Of a DNA stretch of 64,000 nt, positions 27,157-36,994 are shown piece after piece. A program made the position numbers and the translations under genes. How positions within the stretch are numbered: position 1 is the stretch's first letter; each line of letters starts with the position of its first letter. The stretch covers positions 192,001 to 256,000 of IMG/VR virus record IMGVR_UViG_3300045988_173816; one strand, written 5' to 3'. The notes beneath the pieces are model-generated. The model was not told where the DNA came from. It was given only the letters and a program-made list of their open reading frames with translations, and did not search any database. The stretch comes from a virus.

Positions 27157-29337
27157 ATGTTTACAAAAAAAGATAAAAAGGTGACGAACCTTTCCCAAAG
27201 TTCGTTAGAAAGTCAGAAGACAAAAGAAAATCAAGAAAAACGTAAGGGTTTTCTTGATAAGTACATTGATTTGATTAAGATGTGGGACTCGGTCTACGAC
27301 GAGTACCGTTCTCGTTACAATCCAGAGCGAGCTTTAGCTTCAAATAGGCGCTTGTACATGGACTCTAACTTCACTTATAGTAAGACTCAAAATGTAACTG
27401 CTTATTATGTCATTGAGGAGTTACCTCCAGAGTTTGAGTTGGGGTATCGAGCTTCACTGCGTTCGATTGTACCAGAAGGTATTTCCATGAACTTCATTGA
27501 AGATAATGAGCCTTATGAAATTAACTGGGACGACCCTAAAGTAAAAACTCGTTTGTCGGTACTGGATGAAGTAAGTGTGAAGAACCAAGAAGAGTCTAGT
27601 AAGGGTTCTAGGTTTACTCAACATAAGTATGTAAAAACAGCTCAAAAAGATGAGCGTTTATCGATTTCTGTGGAATATGCTAATGATGCGACTTTGAGTG
27701 ACCAAGATAAGCGTTACTTATACAAGGTTCGTATTATGGTTATTATCACAGGTCGAAGAGGTCCAGAGTTTACAGATGTGTTGAAAGACTTTGAGCACAT
27801 GTGTGACCAACGAACTGGGTTTAGAGTTCGTAGGGTAACTGGCACTATTGCAGATACTATGGGGGATTTCTCACCTTTTAACTCAGAAATGTCTAAGGAG
27901 AGTAAACGTAAAATTCGCTCTACTTTCACTTCTGATGAGTTAAGAGCACAGTGGCACCCATTTGAGCAGGGTATCGTTGGTTTTGGTACGACTTACTTAG
28001 GTACAAATATTGAAACTCACTCTCCAGTTTTCCACCAATTTAAACGTGACGTTACAGATGCTGAGATTGTAATTGTAATTGGTATGTCTGGGTCTGGTAA
28101 GTCGTTTGAAATGAAGATGTTAGCTACACAGTTTGCAGCTAATGATAATATGATTATGACTATCAATGACTATGAAGGTGGAGAATACAAAGGTCTAGGT
28201 CAATTGCTTGCTGAAGATTTCCAAGTTGTTTCGTTGGATTTGGGAATGGGTTCAGGTCGTTACCTCGACCCAGTTCCGATTGTTCCAACTGGTGATGAAG
28301 AAATGGACAATACCTTGTTTACTCGTTCTCGTAAGAATATTATTGACTTGTTCAGAGCAGTAGCTGGTTTGGAAACCTTGAAGAAGTACGCTTGGATTCC
28401 TTTAATTATTGAGCGTGGGGTTGACTTGTTTTATAGTAACTATGGGGTATCGATTGACCCTCAAACGTGGCACGCGCTAGAGGGTTGCTCTATTTATACA
28501 GTATATGAGTATTTGAAAAAATATCGTCCGAATTTAGATGATGTTTTAAACTCTATTACTGAGGAAGATAAAAATATTTTAAGTGAAGAAGATATTAAAG
28601 AGTTGTACAAAGACGCTTTAAAAGACTTTCAAAAAGACTATCTTTATTTCTTGGAAACCTTTGGTTCTTATTTTGAAAAAAGTAAGAAGTTGAACAACTA
28701 CTTTAAATATCCGATTTACTTAAAGGATATTATTGATGCAAAATTAGTTATTTGTGACTATAACATGCGTGGGGTTCCAGAAAGTCAGTTGTCTGAATTG
28801 GATGCTATTCTTATTCCTATGAATGCAGCAACTGTAGCTTATTACCGTACTGTGTATCCTTTCTCACGTGGTCTTTACAATGTGAAGATTTGGGAGGAGT
28901 TGCAACGTTTCAGCTCTCTTCCAAATGCAGTAGAGATTTTGAAAACTCCAATCACAGGGGGTCGTAAAGCAGGTGATATTAACATTGTTGCTTCCAATGA
29001 TCCAGTTAAATTGGTTGAAAAAGATGAGTTCTCCTTGTTTGCTAACTACACATTAGCAATGGTTGGTAAGATTAAGTCCCCAGTTTATCAAGAGATTGTA
29101 TGCAAGGCTCTCGGTATCACTGATTTAGCTGATGAATTAGCCGAGATTGGTTCTGTTATCGAAGAGGATGAGGGTTTGACTGCGGGTTATGATGAGGTTC
29201 ATGCAGAACCTTATAAGAAAGCCTTTGTTTTGAAATTGAACTCTGGGGAATCTTCAGTTGTAAAAGCAGACTTACCTCGTGCTTTAAGTGATACTCCACT
29301 CTTCAAGACCGGTGTGATTGCGCAAGACAAACAGTAA
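27157..29337 (+). CDS. VirB4/TraE/TcpF-like type IV secretion ATPase
   Basis: 726 aa. Walker A IVIGMSGSGKSFEM in the C-terminal half, with a downstream KIWEELQRF segment. The size and position next to the coupling ATPase are typical. Confidence 0.7.
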   Translation: MFTKKDKKVTNLSQSSLESQKTKENQEKRKGFLDKYIDLIKMWDSVYDEYRSRYNPERALASNRRLYMDSNFTYSKTQNVTAYYVIEELPPEFELGYRASLRSIVPEGISMNFIEDNEPYEINWDDPKVKTRLSVLDEVSVKNQEESSKGSRFTQHKYVKTAQKDERLSISVEYANDATLSDQDKRYLYKVRIMVIITGRRGPEFTDVLKDFEHMCDQRTGFRVRRVTGTIADTMGDFSPFNSEMSKESKRKIRSTFTSDELRAQWHPFEQGIVGFGTTYLGTNIETHSPVFHQFKRDVTDAEIVIVIGMSGSGKSFEMKMLATQFAANDNMIMTINDYEGGEYKGLGQLLAEDFQVVSLDLGMGSGRYLDPVPIVPTGDEEMDNTLFTRSRKNIIDLFRAVAGLETLKKYAWIPLIIERGVDLFYSNYGVSIDPQTWHALEGCSIYTVYEYLKKYRPNLDDVLNSITEEDKNILSEEDIKELYKDALKDFQKDYLYFLETFGSYFEKSKKLNNYFKYPIYLKDIIDAKLVICDYNMRGVPESQLSELDAILIPMNAATVAYYRTVYPFSRGLYNVKIWEELQRFSSLPNAVEILKTPITGGRKAGDINIVASNDPVKLVEKDEFSLFANYTLAMVGKIKSPVYQEIVCKALGITDLADELAEIGSVIEEDEGLTAGYDEVHAEPYKKAFVLKLNSGESSVVKADLPRALSDTPLFKTGVIAQDKQ

Positions 29338-29358
29338 GATAGTTTAGGTGATTTGAAC

Positions 29359-29532
29359 ATGATATTATTAAGTTTAGTGCTTTTTCTAGGAGGTATCCTT
29401 TGGGGAGTTTCAAACTCTATAACCTCTGAGAAGTTAAAAGAAGAGGTTAAGAAGAGTCGTTTCCTCGTAATTGGGGTAGGTGTGGTCTATGTTTTAGTAG
29501 TCCTTGCAACAACGTTAGAAGGGAAACACTAA
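29359..29532 (+). CDS. 57-aa two-TM membrane protein (not in the ORF track)
   Basis: MILLSLVLFLGGILWGV...FLVIGVGVVYVLVVLATTLEGKH. GGTG RBS. TAATG overlap with the next gene. Confidence 0.5.
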   Translation: MILLSLVLFLGGILWGVSNSITSEKLKEEVKKSRFLVIGVGVVYVLVVLATTLEGKH

Positions 29533-32021
29533 TGGATTGGCGAAATTCAAATGATGATTTAACGAGACAATCAGATGCTCGAAGGGAGCGAGAAAATCAA
29601 CCTTTTGAAAATGGGATTAGAGATAGAGACTCAGGGGGTTTCGGCGGTATGCGCCAAGGTCCAGGTGGCGACCCTTTAGCTCGTATGAGAGGTGCGCAAC
29701 CTGACCCTTTTGCAAATCGAGTAGGTGGAGGTTTACCTCCTAGACAACCGTTTGGACAACCTCAAGGGTATCCACAACAAAACCAACCCCCTCAACATTT
29801 GAGTCAACATGAAGATTGGATGGATAAAACTTTTAAAGTAGTTACAGGTTTGTGGAAACATTTAACTTCTTATGTGTGGCCTGTCTTGTCTGAGTCTGAT
29901 GATATGTTCAGAAGTGACTACAAACTAAGAAAAGGGTTAACTGCTGCTCTCTTCTATTATGGTGCAGTAGGTGGGTTCTCTTTCTTGTTTGGTTTGTTTA
30001 CGAAGTTTGCAACTGCACCAGTTATTTTCGTATCTCTTGTAGGCGGTGGAGCGAGTGGTGGTATTTTCTTGTATAAGAACTCTCAGAATAAGGAGTGGGG
30101 GTTGATTGATGACTCTCCAAAGGAAGAGACTTACCCTCAAGCACCTCAACCGTCAGAGTTTGGCGCTCCAAGGGGTTTTATGGATGATGGTTTTGGTTCT
30201 CCAAATTCTAATCCTATGGGTGATTTTGGACAACCTCCAAGAAGAGAAATTCCAAATGAATTTAGAAACTTTGGTTCAAGTGGTGGTTGGGATGATGAAG
30301 AGGAAGAACCTCCATTTCCCAAAAGACAAGGTTTTGAACCTATGATGAAACCAAATCCTACTCCATTTGATGATTTGGAAGAAGATGATTTAGAAACTCC
30401 TTCCAAGGGTATCCCCTTAAAAGGCGCAAGCGCTAAGGATATTTGGGGGAGCATAGACGATTCTGAAGATGATTTAGAAGATGAAACAGAAGAGACAGAG
30501 GGTAATTCAAATAGTTCCAGAGAAGAATTAGAGAATCCTAAAGTTGAAGAAGTTTCCGAAAGTGCATTTAGTGCAGATTTAGCAGGTGGTATCGTTGAAC
30601 CAGAGTTAGTTTCCCGTAGACTTCTTGTAGATAAGTATTTATCTCTTTTAGACGGTTCTAGCTTAAAACCTGATTGGTCTCGTGAGGTTCCAGAAGATAG
30701 TGTAGAGTTTAAACAATTAGAAACATTCCTTCGAGACGCCCAAACAGGTGGAGTTAAAGGTTTGTCTGAGATGGATTGGGTTAATGTGAAGTCTATTACA
30801 GAGCGAGTGTCTGTATTTGAGATTATTACTGATCGTCCAGAGAAATTAAAAGGTAAAGAAACTCTCTTTGCAAAAGAGATTACAGAGTTGCTGAAAGACC
30901 AAATGAAGGGTTATTTTGGAGATAATGTAACCACTACTGCAGTTGGTAAAGGTAGTCGTATTGCAATTACTATCTTTAAGCAAACAGGTACTTCCTTTAT
31001 GTTGAGAGATTTGATTGAGTCGAGTAAAGATTTCTTCTTAGACACGAAAAATGAACTTCCAGTTGTATTCGGAGCTGATGAATATGGAGAACCGATTCTT
31101 CTTGATTTAGCAAAACACACAGGTACAATTATTGCAGGGATGGCTCGAACAGGGAAGTCTGTTCTTGCTACGGGTATCGTTAATCAAATGATGGCTTTAA
31201 ACTCTCCTCGTAAGGTTCAAGTCGTAGCTGGTGATATGAAAAACAAAGACTCTGACTGGTATCAGATTACCTTACCTCACTTGCGTAAGTTTGCAACAGG
31301 TACAAAAGCGATTATGGACTTGCTTGATTGGGTTGTATCTGAGGAAGCCCCAAGAAGAAAGAGATTGATTGGTGACCAGTTGAAAATTCAAAACTACAAT
31401 GCGAATTGTTCGGATGAGTCTGAGCAGTTGCCTTACTTATTTGTAGTGTTGGATGAAATTATTTCTTTTGCTGAGAAGTTAGACAAAGATGAAAAAGCAG
31501 TGTATAAAGCTTATTTGAGTGAAATTTTAACTGCTTTCCCTAATGTCGGTATCTTCTTAATTTTCGTACCTCATCAACTACACAATGATTACTTCCCTAA
31601 AACGGCTTCTCGTATGGTGGGGAATAGATTTGCAGTTAAGGCAGGTCAACCAATTCAGAAAACGATTTGGGAAGACTCTTATCGTCAAATTGACTTCCCA
31701 ACCACCAACACAGGTGACTTTGCTTACACTCTCGCTGGGTCTGATGAGCCTAAGTTCGGTCACGCTCCTTTGATTATGAGCATGAGTGGTGGTAAAGAGC
31801 GTTTAGATAAGTTGTATGAAACTCAGCGTAAAATGTGGACGAAGTTATACCCAGAAGAAGCAGCTACATCTGCTTATGTCACTCGTTTGAAAAATGAGCA
31901 GGCAAGTGCAACGTTAGGTAAGCTCGGTATTCCAGTTTCGGACACGGATTTCGCAGAAGAAGACTCTTTACGTTTTCCTAAGTCTAATACAAGTAATGTA
32001 GACTTTATTCGAGACATTTAA
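29532..32021 (+). CDS. FtsK/SpoIIIE-family DNA translocase / type IV coupling protein (TcpA / Tn916 Orf21 type)
   Basis: Gly/Pro/Gln-rich disordered N-terminus, TM helices and an acidic linker. Motor domain with Walker A IIAGMARTGKSVL and Walker B LFVVLDEIISF. Confidence 0.8.
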   Translation: MDWRNSNDDLTRQSDARRERENQPFENGIRDRDSGGFGGMRQGPGGDPLARMRGAQPDPFANRVGGGLPPRQPFGQPQGYPQQNQPPQHLSQHEDWMDKTFKVVTGLWKHLTSYVWPVLSESDDMFRSDYKLRKGLTAALFYYGAVGGFSFLFGLFTKFATAPVIFVSLVGGGASGGIFLYKNSQNKEWGLIDDSPKEETYPQAPQPSEFGAPRGFMDDGFGSPNSNPMGDFGQPPRREIPNEFRNFGSSGGWDDEEEEPPFPKRQGFEPMMKPNPTPFDDLEEDDLETPSKGIPLKGASAKDIWGSIDDSEDDLEDETEETEGNSNSSREELENPKVEEVSESAFSADLAGGIVEPELVSRRLLVDKYLSLLDGSSLKPDWSREVPEDSVEFKQLETFLRDAQTGGVKGLSEMDWVNVKSITERVSVFEIITDRPEKLKGKETLFAKEITELLKDQMKGYFGDNVTTTAVGKGSRIAITIFKQTGTSFMLRDLIESSKDFFLDTKNELPVVFGADEYGEPILLDLAKHTGTIIAGMARTGKSVLATGIVNQMMALNSPRKVQVVAGDMKNKDSDWYQITLPHLRKFATGTKAIMDLLDWVVSEEAPRRKRLIGDQLKIQNYNANCSDESEQLPYLFVVLDEIISFAEKLDKDEKAVYKAYLSEILTAFPNVGIFLIFVPHQLHNDYFPKTASRMVGNRFAVKAGQPIQKTIWEDSYRQIDFPTTNTGDFAYTLAGSDEPKFGHAPLIMSMSGGKERLDKLYETQRKMWTKLYPEEAATSAYVTRLKNEQASATLGKLGIPVSDTDFAEEDSLRFPKSNTSNVDFIRDI

Positions 32022-32057
32022 AGGCGCACAGCAGAAAGATAGGAGTTGTACAAGAAC

Positions 32058-33089
32058 ATGGAAATTACATATCCAATTAGTAGTTCTAGGTTTCTGCTTG
32101 CAATGCAAGTATACGCTAGAAAAATGGCTTCTTATGAAACTTATGAAGAGGTTAAAAAGAGGGAGTTTGAAAGAATTTCTCTCTTCCGTCCTCTCCCTAC
32201 AATTTCAAGAGAAAGCATTAAGACAGAGGTTGTAGAAGAGAGTCCTCGGTATCTTCTCGATACTGAAGGTTCTGAAAATGAGACAGTTGATTTAGATTCT
32301 CTGTTTGAAGGTTTTGAAGATATTCAAGATTCAGATTGGTTAACTTCTATGAAGAGTAAAGAGGAAGTTGAGGTTAGAGATGAGGAAGAAGAGCAAGACC
32401 CATTACAAGGAGTTTCTTTTGCAAGTTTAGGTTTGAGTAGTAGTTCGTCTGATGATGAGCAAGAGTTGGAGCTACAAGAGTTTGAGGTAGACCCTTCAGA
32501 GGATGAAGATGAATTTTCCGACCCTTTTTCAAACTCTCCAAAATCGTCTCTAACCAATCTTGGTTTAGACGTGGATAAACTATCGACCTCAGAAGAAAAA
32601 TCAAATCTGAGCCAATCTGAAACTTCTGAGAGTGATTTTGAGAACGAACCAACTAGGGTAGAGTTCAAAGAAGAGATTTTCCGTTCGGACTATGTGGGTA
32701 AGAGAGAGCCTTGGACTTATGTTGCAAAAGAAAAAGAGGTTGTAAAATCTCCACAAACCCAACCAAGGGTATCCGCACCAGAGGTTGCACCTCGTCAAGT
32801 TCAAGAGCCTAAACCAACTCCAATACCTCAAGTTGTTTCTGCTCCTCAACCAAAACCAGTTGTTCGACCTAAACAGGTTGCGGAAAGACCTCAAATTCAA
32901 CCTCAACCGCAAGTACAAGATAAAACAGTTCGCATGGTAAATGAGGATTTCGTGTCTTACTGTCGTAGAAACTTGAGAGTTTCAGAGAAAGTTGCTTTAG
33001 GTTATTTCTCTCCTAGTGAGATAGAGTCTGCAGTAAGACAAGGTAAGGTTTTGCGTAAAGGTGGTCTTTTAATCTTTGCTCATTCTTGA
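32058..33089 (+). CDS. acidic / Pro-Gln-rich low-complexity protein
   Basis: ATG at 32058 after AGGAG. Asp/Glu/Ser-rich middle. PQTQPRVSAPEVAPRQVQEPKPTPIPQVVSAPQPKPVVRPKQ segment. Confidence 0.6.
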   Translation: MEITYPISSSRFLLAMQVYARKMASYETYEEVKKREFERISLFRPLPTISRESIKTEVVEESPRYLLDTEGSENETVDLDSLFEGFEDIQDSDWLTSMKSKEEVEVRDEEEEQDPLQGVSFASLGLSSSSSDDEQELELQEFEVDPSEDEDEFSDPFSNSPKSSLTNLGLDVDKLSTSEEKSNLSQSETSESDFENEPTRVEFKEEIFRSDYVGKREPWTYVAKEKEVVKSPQTQPRVSAPEVAPRQVQEPKPTPIPQVVSAPQPKPVVRPKQVAERPQIQPQPQVQDKTVRMVNEDFVSYCRRNLRVSEKVALGYFSPSEIESAVRQGKVLRKGGLLIFAHS

Positions 33090-33107
33090 TTTAGAAAGGT
33101 TTCGGTT

Positions 33108-33383
33108 GTGAAATTAGTTGAAAACATTCGCTTTGTGAAAGTCAATGCAGAGGGTATCCCAAACGGCATCTGCGGAATTTGTTCTGCTTTGGTAGGTGGT
33201 TGGCTTGTGGTTCACGGAATTAAAGTGAAGCGCCAAGGGTCTCAATACAGAGTTTTATTCCCAGAGCGTAAATTATATGCAGAGGTTTATAAACCAGTAG
33301 TAACTGCTTTAAATCCAGAGTTTAAGAAAGAAGTAGATGCTCTTATTTTAAGTGAGTTTTACAAAGCATTAGAAAATCAATAA
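33108..33383 (+). CDS. SpoVG-like small nucleic-acid-binding protein
   Basis: VENIRFVKVNAEG...LVVHGIKV...YRVLFPERK resembles the SpoVG pattern V.D.R...VN..G...FVVHDIRV...FVAMPS.R, as remembered. Confidence 0.45.
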   Translation: MKLVENIRFVKVNAEGIPNGICGICSALVGGWLVVHGIKVKRQGSQYRVLFPERKLYAEVYKPVVTALNPEFKKEVDALILSEFYKALENQ

Positions 33384-33399
33384 AGTTAAGGGAAATCCC

Positions 33400-33428
33400 T
33401 TGACTTTTTTCGTTTAGTTTGATAAAAT
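33400..33428 (+). promoter_or_regulatory. sigma-A type promoter
   Basis: TTGACT (33400-33405), 17 bp, TAAAAT (33423-33428). A short AGGG/CCCT hairpin lies just upstream. Confidence 0.5.
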
Positions 33429-33461
33429 TAGGTATAAAAACAACAAGAAAGGCGAAAATTT

Positions 33462-35189
33462 GTGGCAGTAACAGAAGTTTCTTTGTACAAAGGTGGTTTT
33501 ATTGATAAGTCTGCACCAATACAACGTTATAGGTTATTGGATAGTATTATTCAGAAAGCAAATGAGGATAAAGACCAAGTTGGTTTTCCAGAGTTAGCAG
33601 ATAGTTTACTAGACTTAACTCCAGAGCAAATAGACCAAGTAATTGCTACAAAAAGTTCGTTAAAAGAGGGAGTAGCAAAAGGTTCACTTCGGTGGTATCA
33701 GACTTATGGAGTTCATTTTATTTTAGCAGCTCGTTCTGCTTTAATTATGGATAGTGTGGGATTAGGAAAAACTGCTACAGTAGCTTCGGTTATTAACCAT
33801 GTAGGAGCTTTAAAACAGAGAACTAAAGGTAAACCTTTGCGTTATTTGTTTTTAACTGAGGTTGGTTTGGTCGCACAAGCTCGTAGAGAGCTAATTCGTT
33901 TTACAGGAGATTATGTAGCTACAACTACGGGGGATTCAAACCAAGTAAGTGCTTTTATCAAAGAGCAAAAAGAGTTAGGGTATCCTAGTGGTGTAGTTGC
34001 TTCGTATTCAGCAGTGTCTTCAAGTCATGAGTTTATGTTGTGGCTTGCGCACACTGTGAAGTTGCATGGTAAATTTGATTATTTCTTTATTGATGAGGGT
34101 TCGGTGTTAGGTTCTACTAAGTCTGATATTTATAAAGCTTGTAAAACTGTACGGACAAAGTTTGCAAACCATGTGGTTGTAATGAACGCTACTCCTTTTG
34201 AGAAGTCTATTGAGGGAATGTACAATCAGTTGAACTTTTTATTTCCAGATGTGATGCCTTTAAAGACTAAGTTTGAAGAGTTGTTTGTGAAGAAGTCATT
34301 TCAAACTCATCAAATTTTAGGCTATAAAGACCCAGAGTTGTTTAAGGTTTGTACTCGATTTATGGCTTTTGGAACGGCTCGTCAAGAGCTAGGGGTATCC
34401 GTTAAAAACTCGACTTGTGAATTGGTCTTATACAAGCCTTCACATTACCAAAACCAACTGTTTAGTAAGACTAGATACAAGCGTTATGTTTGGGACGAAC
34501 CGACTTGGTTCGATCCAGATTTGGAGGTAACTCCAGAGGTTTTACCTAAGTTACAAGTGATAGAGGACTTATTTCAGTATAGGATAGGTCAAGATAAAGC
34601 TTTGATTTACGTTCACTCGGTAGAAGCTCAGAACATTTTAGTTCGGTTCTTAGAGGGGTTGGGTATAAAAGCTCTTACTATTAACGGTGAAGATAATACC
34701 CCTAAGAAGAAGGAAGCGAAGTTAAAAGAGTTCCATGAAGGTGATTATAGAGTGATTGTAACTAACTTGAAGAAGGGTTTGAATTTAGGTTTTATCAACC
34801 ATTTAGTTTTTTATTCTTTCACAGGAAACTCAGGAATTACGAATCAGATTGAAGGTCGTATTGTTCGTAGTCAAGATATTCATGATAAGCATATTTACTT
34901 AGTTTTAGCTAGAAGAGAAGAGTATAAAGTTTTAGAAGATGCTTGTGTGAGTACAAAAGATAGATTAGCTCATACAAAACATGAGGTCAGTTTGTTGAAC
35001 AACTTCTTTTTAAATCCAGACTTAGTAAACATAGTGGTAGAAGTTACCAAGCAAGAGATTTCGGAAGGTGCAAATTCTTCCATTGTAGCGGTATCTTATT
35101 CGAACCAAGATATGAATGGGGTTATATCCTACCCTAAGTGGTCGGATGATTTAGAACAAACGAAAGCAGGTTTAACTTTACATGGCTAA
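33462..35189 (+). CDS. SNF2/SWI2-family helicase
   Basis: LRWYQTYGV, motif I DSVGLGKTAT, motif II FFIDEGSVLG, motif III MNATPFEKSIEGMYNQLNFL, and C-terminal helicase lobe KGLNLGFINHLVFYS...QIEGRIVRSQD. Confidence 0.8.
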   Translation: MAVTEVSLYKGGFIDKSAPIQRYRLLDSIIQKANEDKDQVGFPELADSLLDLTPEQIDQVIATKSSLKEGVAKGSLRWYQTYGVHFILAARSALIMDSVGLGKTATVASVINHVGALKQRTKGKPLRYLFLTEVGLVAQARRELIRFTGDYVATTTGDSNQVSAFIKEQKELGYPSGVVASYSAVSSSHEFMLWLAHTVKLHGKFDYFFIDEGSVLGSTKSDIYKACKTVRTKFANHVVVMNATPFEKSIEGMYNQLNFLFPDVMPLKTKFEELFVKKSFQTHQILGYKDPELFKVCTRFMAFGTARQELGVSVKNSTCELVLYKPSHYQNQLFSKTRYKRYVWDEPTWFDPDLEVTPEVLPKLQVIEDLFQYRIGQDKALIYVHSVEAQNILVRFLEGLGIKALTINGEDNTPKKKEAKLKEFHEGDYRVIVTNLKKGLNLGFINHLVFYSFTGNSGITNQIEGRIVRSQDIHDKHIYLVLARREEYKVLEDACVSTKDRLAHTKHEVSLLNNFFLNPDLVNIVVEVTKQEISEGANSSIVAVSYSNQDMNGVISYPKWSDDLEQTKAGLTLHG

Positions 35190-35301
35190 GAAGAGCGCGG
35201 TTAGGATTTTTAGTAGGTACTCTATTAGGCTAGTGGAGGGTGTTTTGGGTTAGATTTTAATTGGTTTGAGGTTGTTTATGTTATACTAGATTTAGAAAGA
35301 G

Positions 35302-36723
35302 GTGAGAGAAATAGGCAAAAATGTTAAAAAGAATTTTACTGTTGTTAAATACATTGTCAAAAATACTGATATGAATGCATATTTCATGAGGTTGGCAATT
35401 TTAAGTACTAATTTAACAAATACACTTCTTTATTATCATAGACAGTGGTATTTTTATACTCAAAATGTATATTATACAGAACATCCAAATGAAAGTTTTA
35501 GACCTTACCGGTATAATGAAGAAGTTATTGATGAATTGAAACGTTATATGTATGAGTATAATCAGAATAAGATTTTGTATGGGAAGAGACCTACTGATTT
35601 TATCACTTTTGGGTTAGATGCTTACTTCTTACATTTTTATTTTAAGAAAATTTGTCAATCCGATTATACAAATGATGACTTACCAGCTCAAGTGGCTCAA
35701 CAAGTTACTCAAAAGGTTTCACAATCCTTTAAATCTTTTAAACAAGCTCGAAAAGGCTTTTTTAAAAATCCAGATAAGTATGATACTTGTCCGCAATTAC
35801 CTAGATATAATAAAGGTAGTAAAATTTCTCCTTTATATTTTACAAATCAAGCTACTAAAATTAAAAACGGTGTTTTAAAATTCCCTAAGACCAAATTGAC
35901 ACTTCCCTTCACATATAAACCAAAAGGTAAATATACAAGGATGGAAGTCATTCATAGCTATGGGCAATTTGAATTACGTTTGGTTTTCGAAGAGACCGAA
36001 AACCTTAAATTTAGAGAAACAGATGTAGTGGCAGCTATTGATCCGGGCATAAGTAATCTTATAGCTATTACGACTAATAAAGGTCAGTCCTTATTAGTCA
36101 AGGATAAGACTGTAAAATACATCAATCAATATGCAAATAAAGAAATTGCTAGAATAAAGTCAGCTCAAATGACAACTGGTGGTTGTGATAAAGTTCAAAT
36201 GTCGAAACAATTATCAAAAATCTATCAAAAAAGACAAAGACGAATTGAACATTTGTTTTATGTGCTTGCTAAACATGTGTTAGCCTTTTGCTTAGAAAAT
36301 AATGTTTCAAAATTAGCTCTTGGTAAAAATAAAGGGTGGAAACACACTTATAACAAAGGTAAAACTAATAATCAAAACTTTATTCAAATTCCTTATACTA
36401 GTCTCTATCGAAAAATACAAGATTTGTTAACTAAGAACGGAATTGAAGTAATAGAACAAGAAGAATCGTATACATCAAAAGCTTCTGCGATAGATTTAGA
36501 TGAACTTCCAGTATTTGGAGAAGGAGACCTTAATGTTAGTTTTACAGGTATACGGTTTGGAACGCATAGTCGATTGTATAAAACCGGAAAGGGAAATACC
36601 ATAAACGCTGATATGAATGGTGCTTTAAATATTTTAAGGAAAGCTTTCCCAGATGTTGAAATTGAACTAAACGATTTACAATATTTAAAGAATCCGAAAG
36701 TTTTAAGAAACATGCAAGCCTAA
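35302..36723 (+). CDS. tnpB: TnpB-like protein lacking the zinc-ribbon cysteines
   Basis: RuvC-I AAIDPGISNLIAI and RuvC-III NADMNGALNILRKA. The GKNKGWKH / EQEESYTSKAS region replaces the usual xEDL and CxxC...CxxC segments. Confidence 0.7.
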   Translation: MREIGKNVKKNFTVVKYIVKNTDMNAYFMRLAILSTNLTNTLLYYHRQWYFYTQNVYYTEHPNESFRPYRYNEEVIDELKRYMYEYNQNKILYGKRPTDFITFGLDAYFLHFYFKKICQSDYTNDDLPAQVAQQVTQKVSQSFKSFKQARKGFFKNPDKYDTCPQLPRYNKGSKISPLYFTNQATKIKNGVLKFPKTKLTLPFTYKPKGKYTRMEVIHSYGQFELRLVFEETENLKFRETDVVAAIDPGISNLIAITTNKGQSLLVKDKTVKYINQYANKEIARIKSAQMTTGGCDKVQMSKQLSKIYQKRQRRIEHLFYVLAKHVLAFCLENNVSKLALGKNKGWKHTYNKGKTNNQNFIQIPYTSLYRKIQDLLTKNGIEVIEQEESYTSKASAIDLDELPVFGEGDLNVSFTGIRFGTHSRLYKTGKGNTINADMNGALNILRKAFPDVEIELNDLQYLKNPKVLRNMQA

Positions 36724-36850
36724 TCAGTAATAACTGTATAGGTGATGGGCGCATTTATGGGTATGCGCGGAGCATCTTTGTAGAGGTTCCGAAAGTACAT
36801 TTATATAAACTGAATGTACTAATTCATTGGTCGAACAACTGGAGAAAGGC
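36724..36850 (+). ncRNA. candidate omega-RNA / right-end structured region of the solo TnpB element
   Basis: Hairpins GCGCAT-N8-ATGCGC (36749-36768) and AGTACAT-N12-ATGTACT (36794-36820) immediately 3' of tnpB. Confidence 0.4.
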
Positions 36851-36994
36851 TCACGGGTATCCACTCTTGCGAAAGAAAACTAAAAAGCTTGCGGTTTATG
36901 TGAAACCTGAGTTACAGTCCGTTGAACGCACTAAACGACTTCGTTCAGCAAAAGCAGAAGTAGATGAGATTTTAGAACGTCGAGGTTACTTCAA

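Larger units (their letters stand above)
35250..36850 (+). mobile_element. solo TnpB element (IS200/IS605-IS1341 type, no tnpA); boundaries approximate
   Basis: tnpB alone plus a structured 3' non-coding tail. It is the only long stretch lacking the GGTATC motif, which resumes at 36856. Ends not determined. Confidence 0.45.

Noticed and set aside
32324-32918. Three overlapping minus-strand ORFs (32324-32668, 32374-32652, 32601-32918)
   Set aside because: They are antisense to the low-complexity acidic/Pro-rich gene 32058-33089. Open frames on the opposite strand are expected from repetitive codons.
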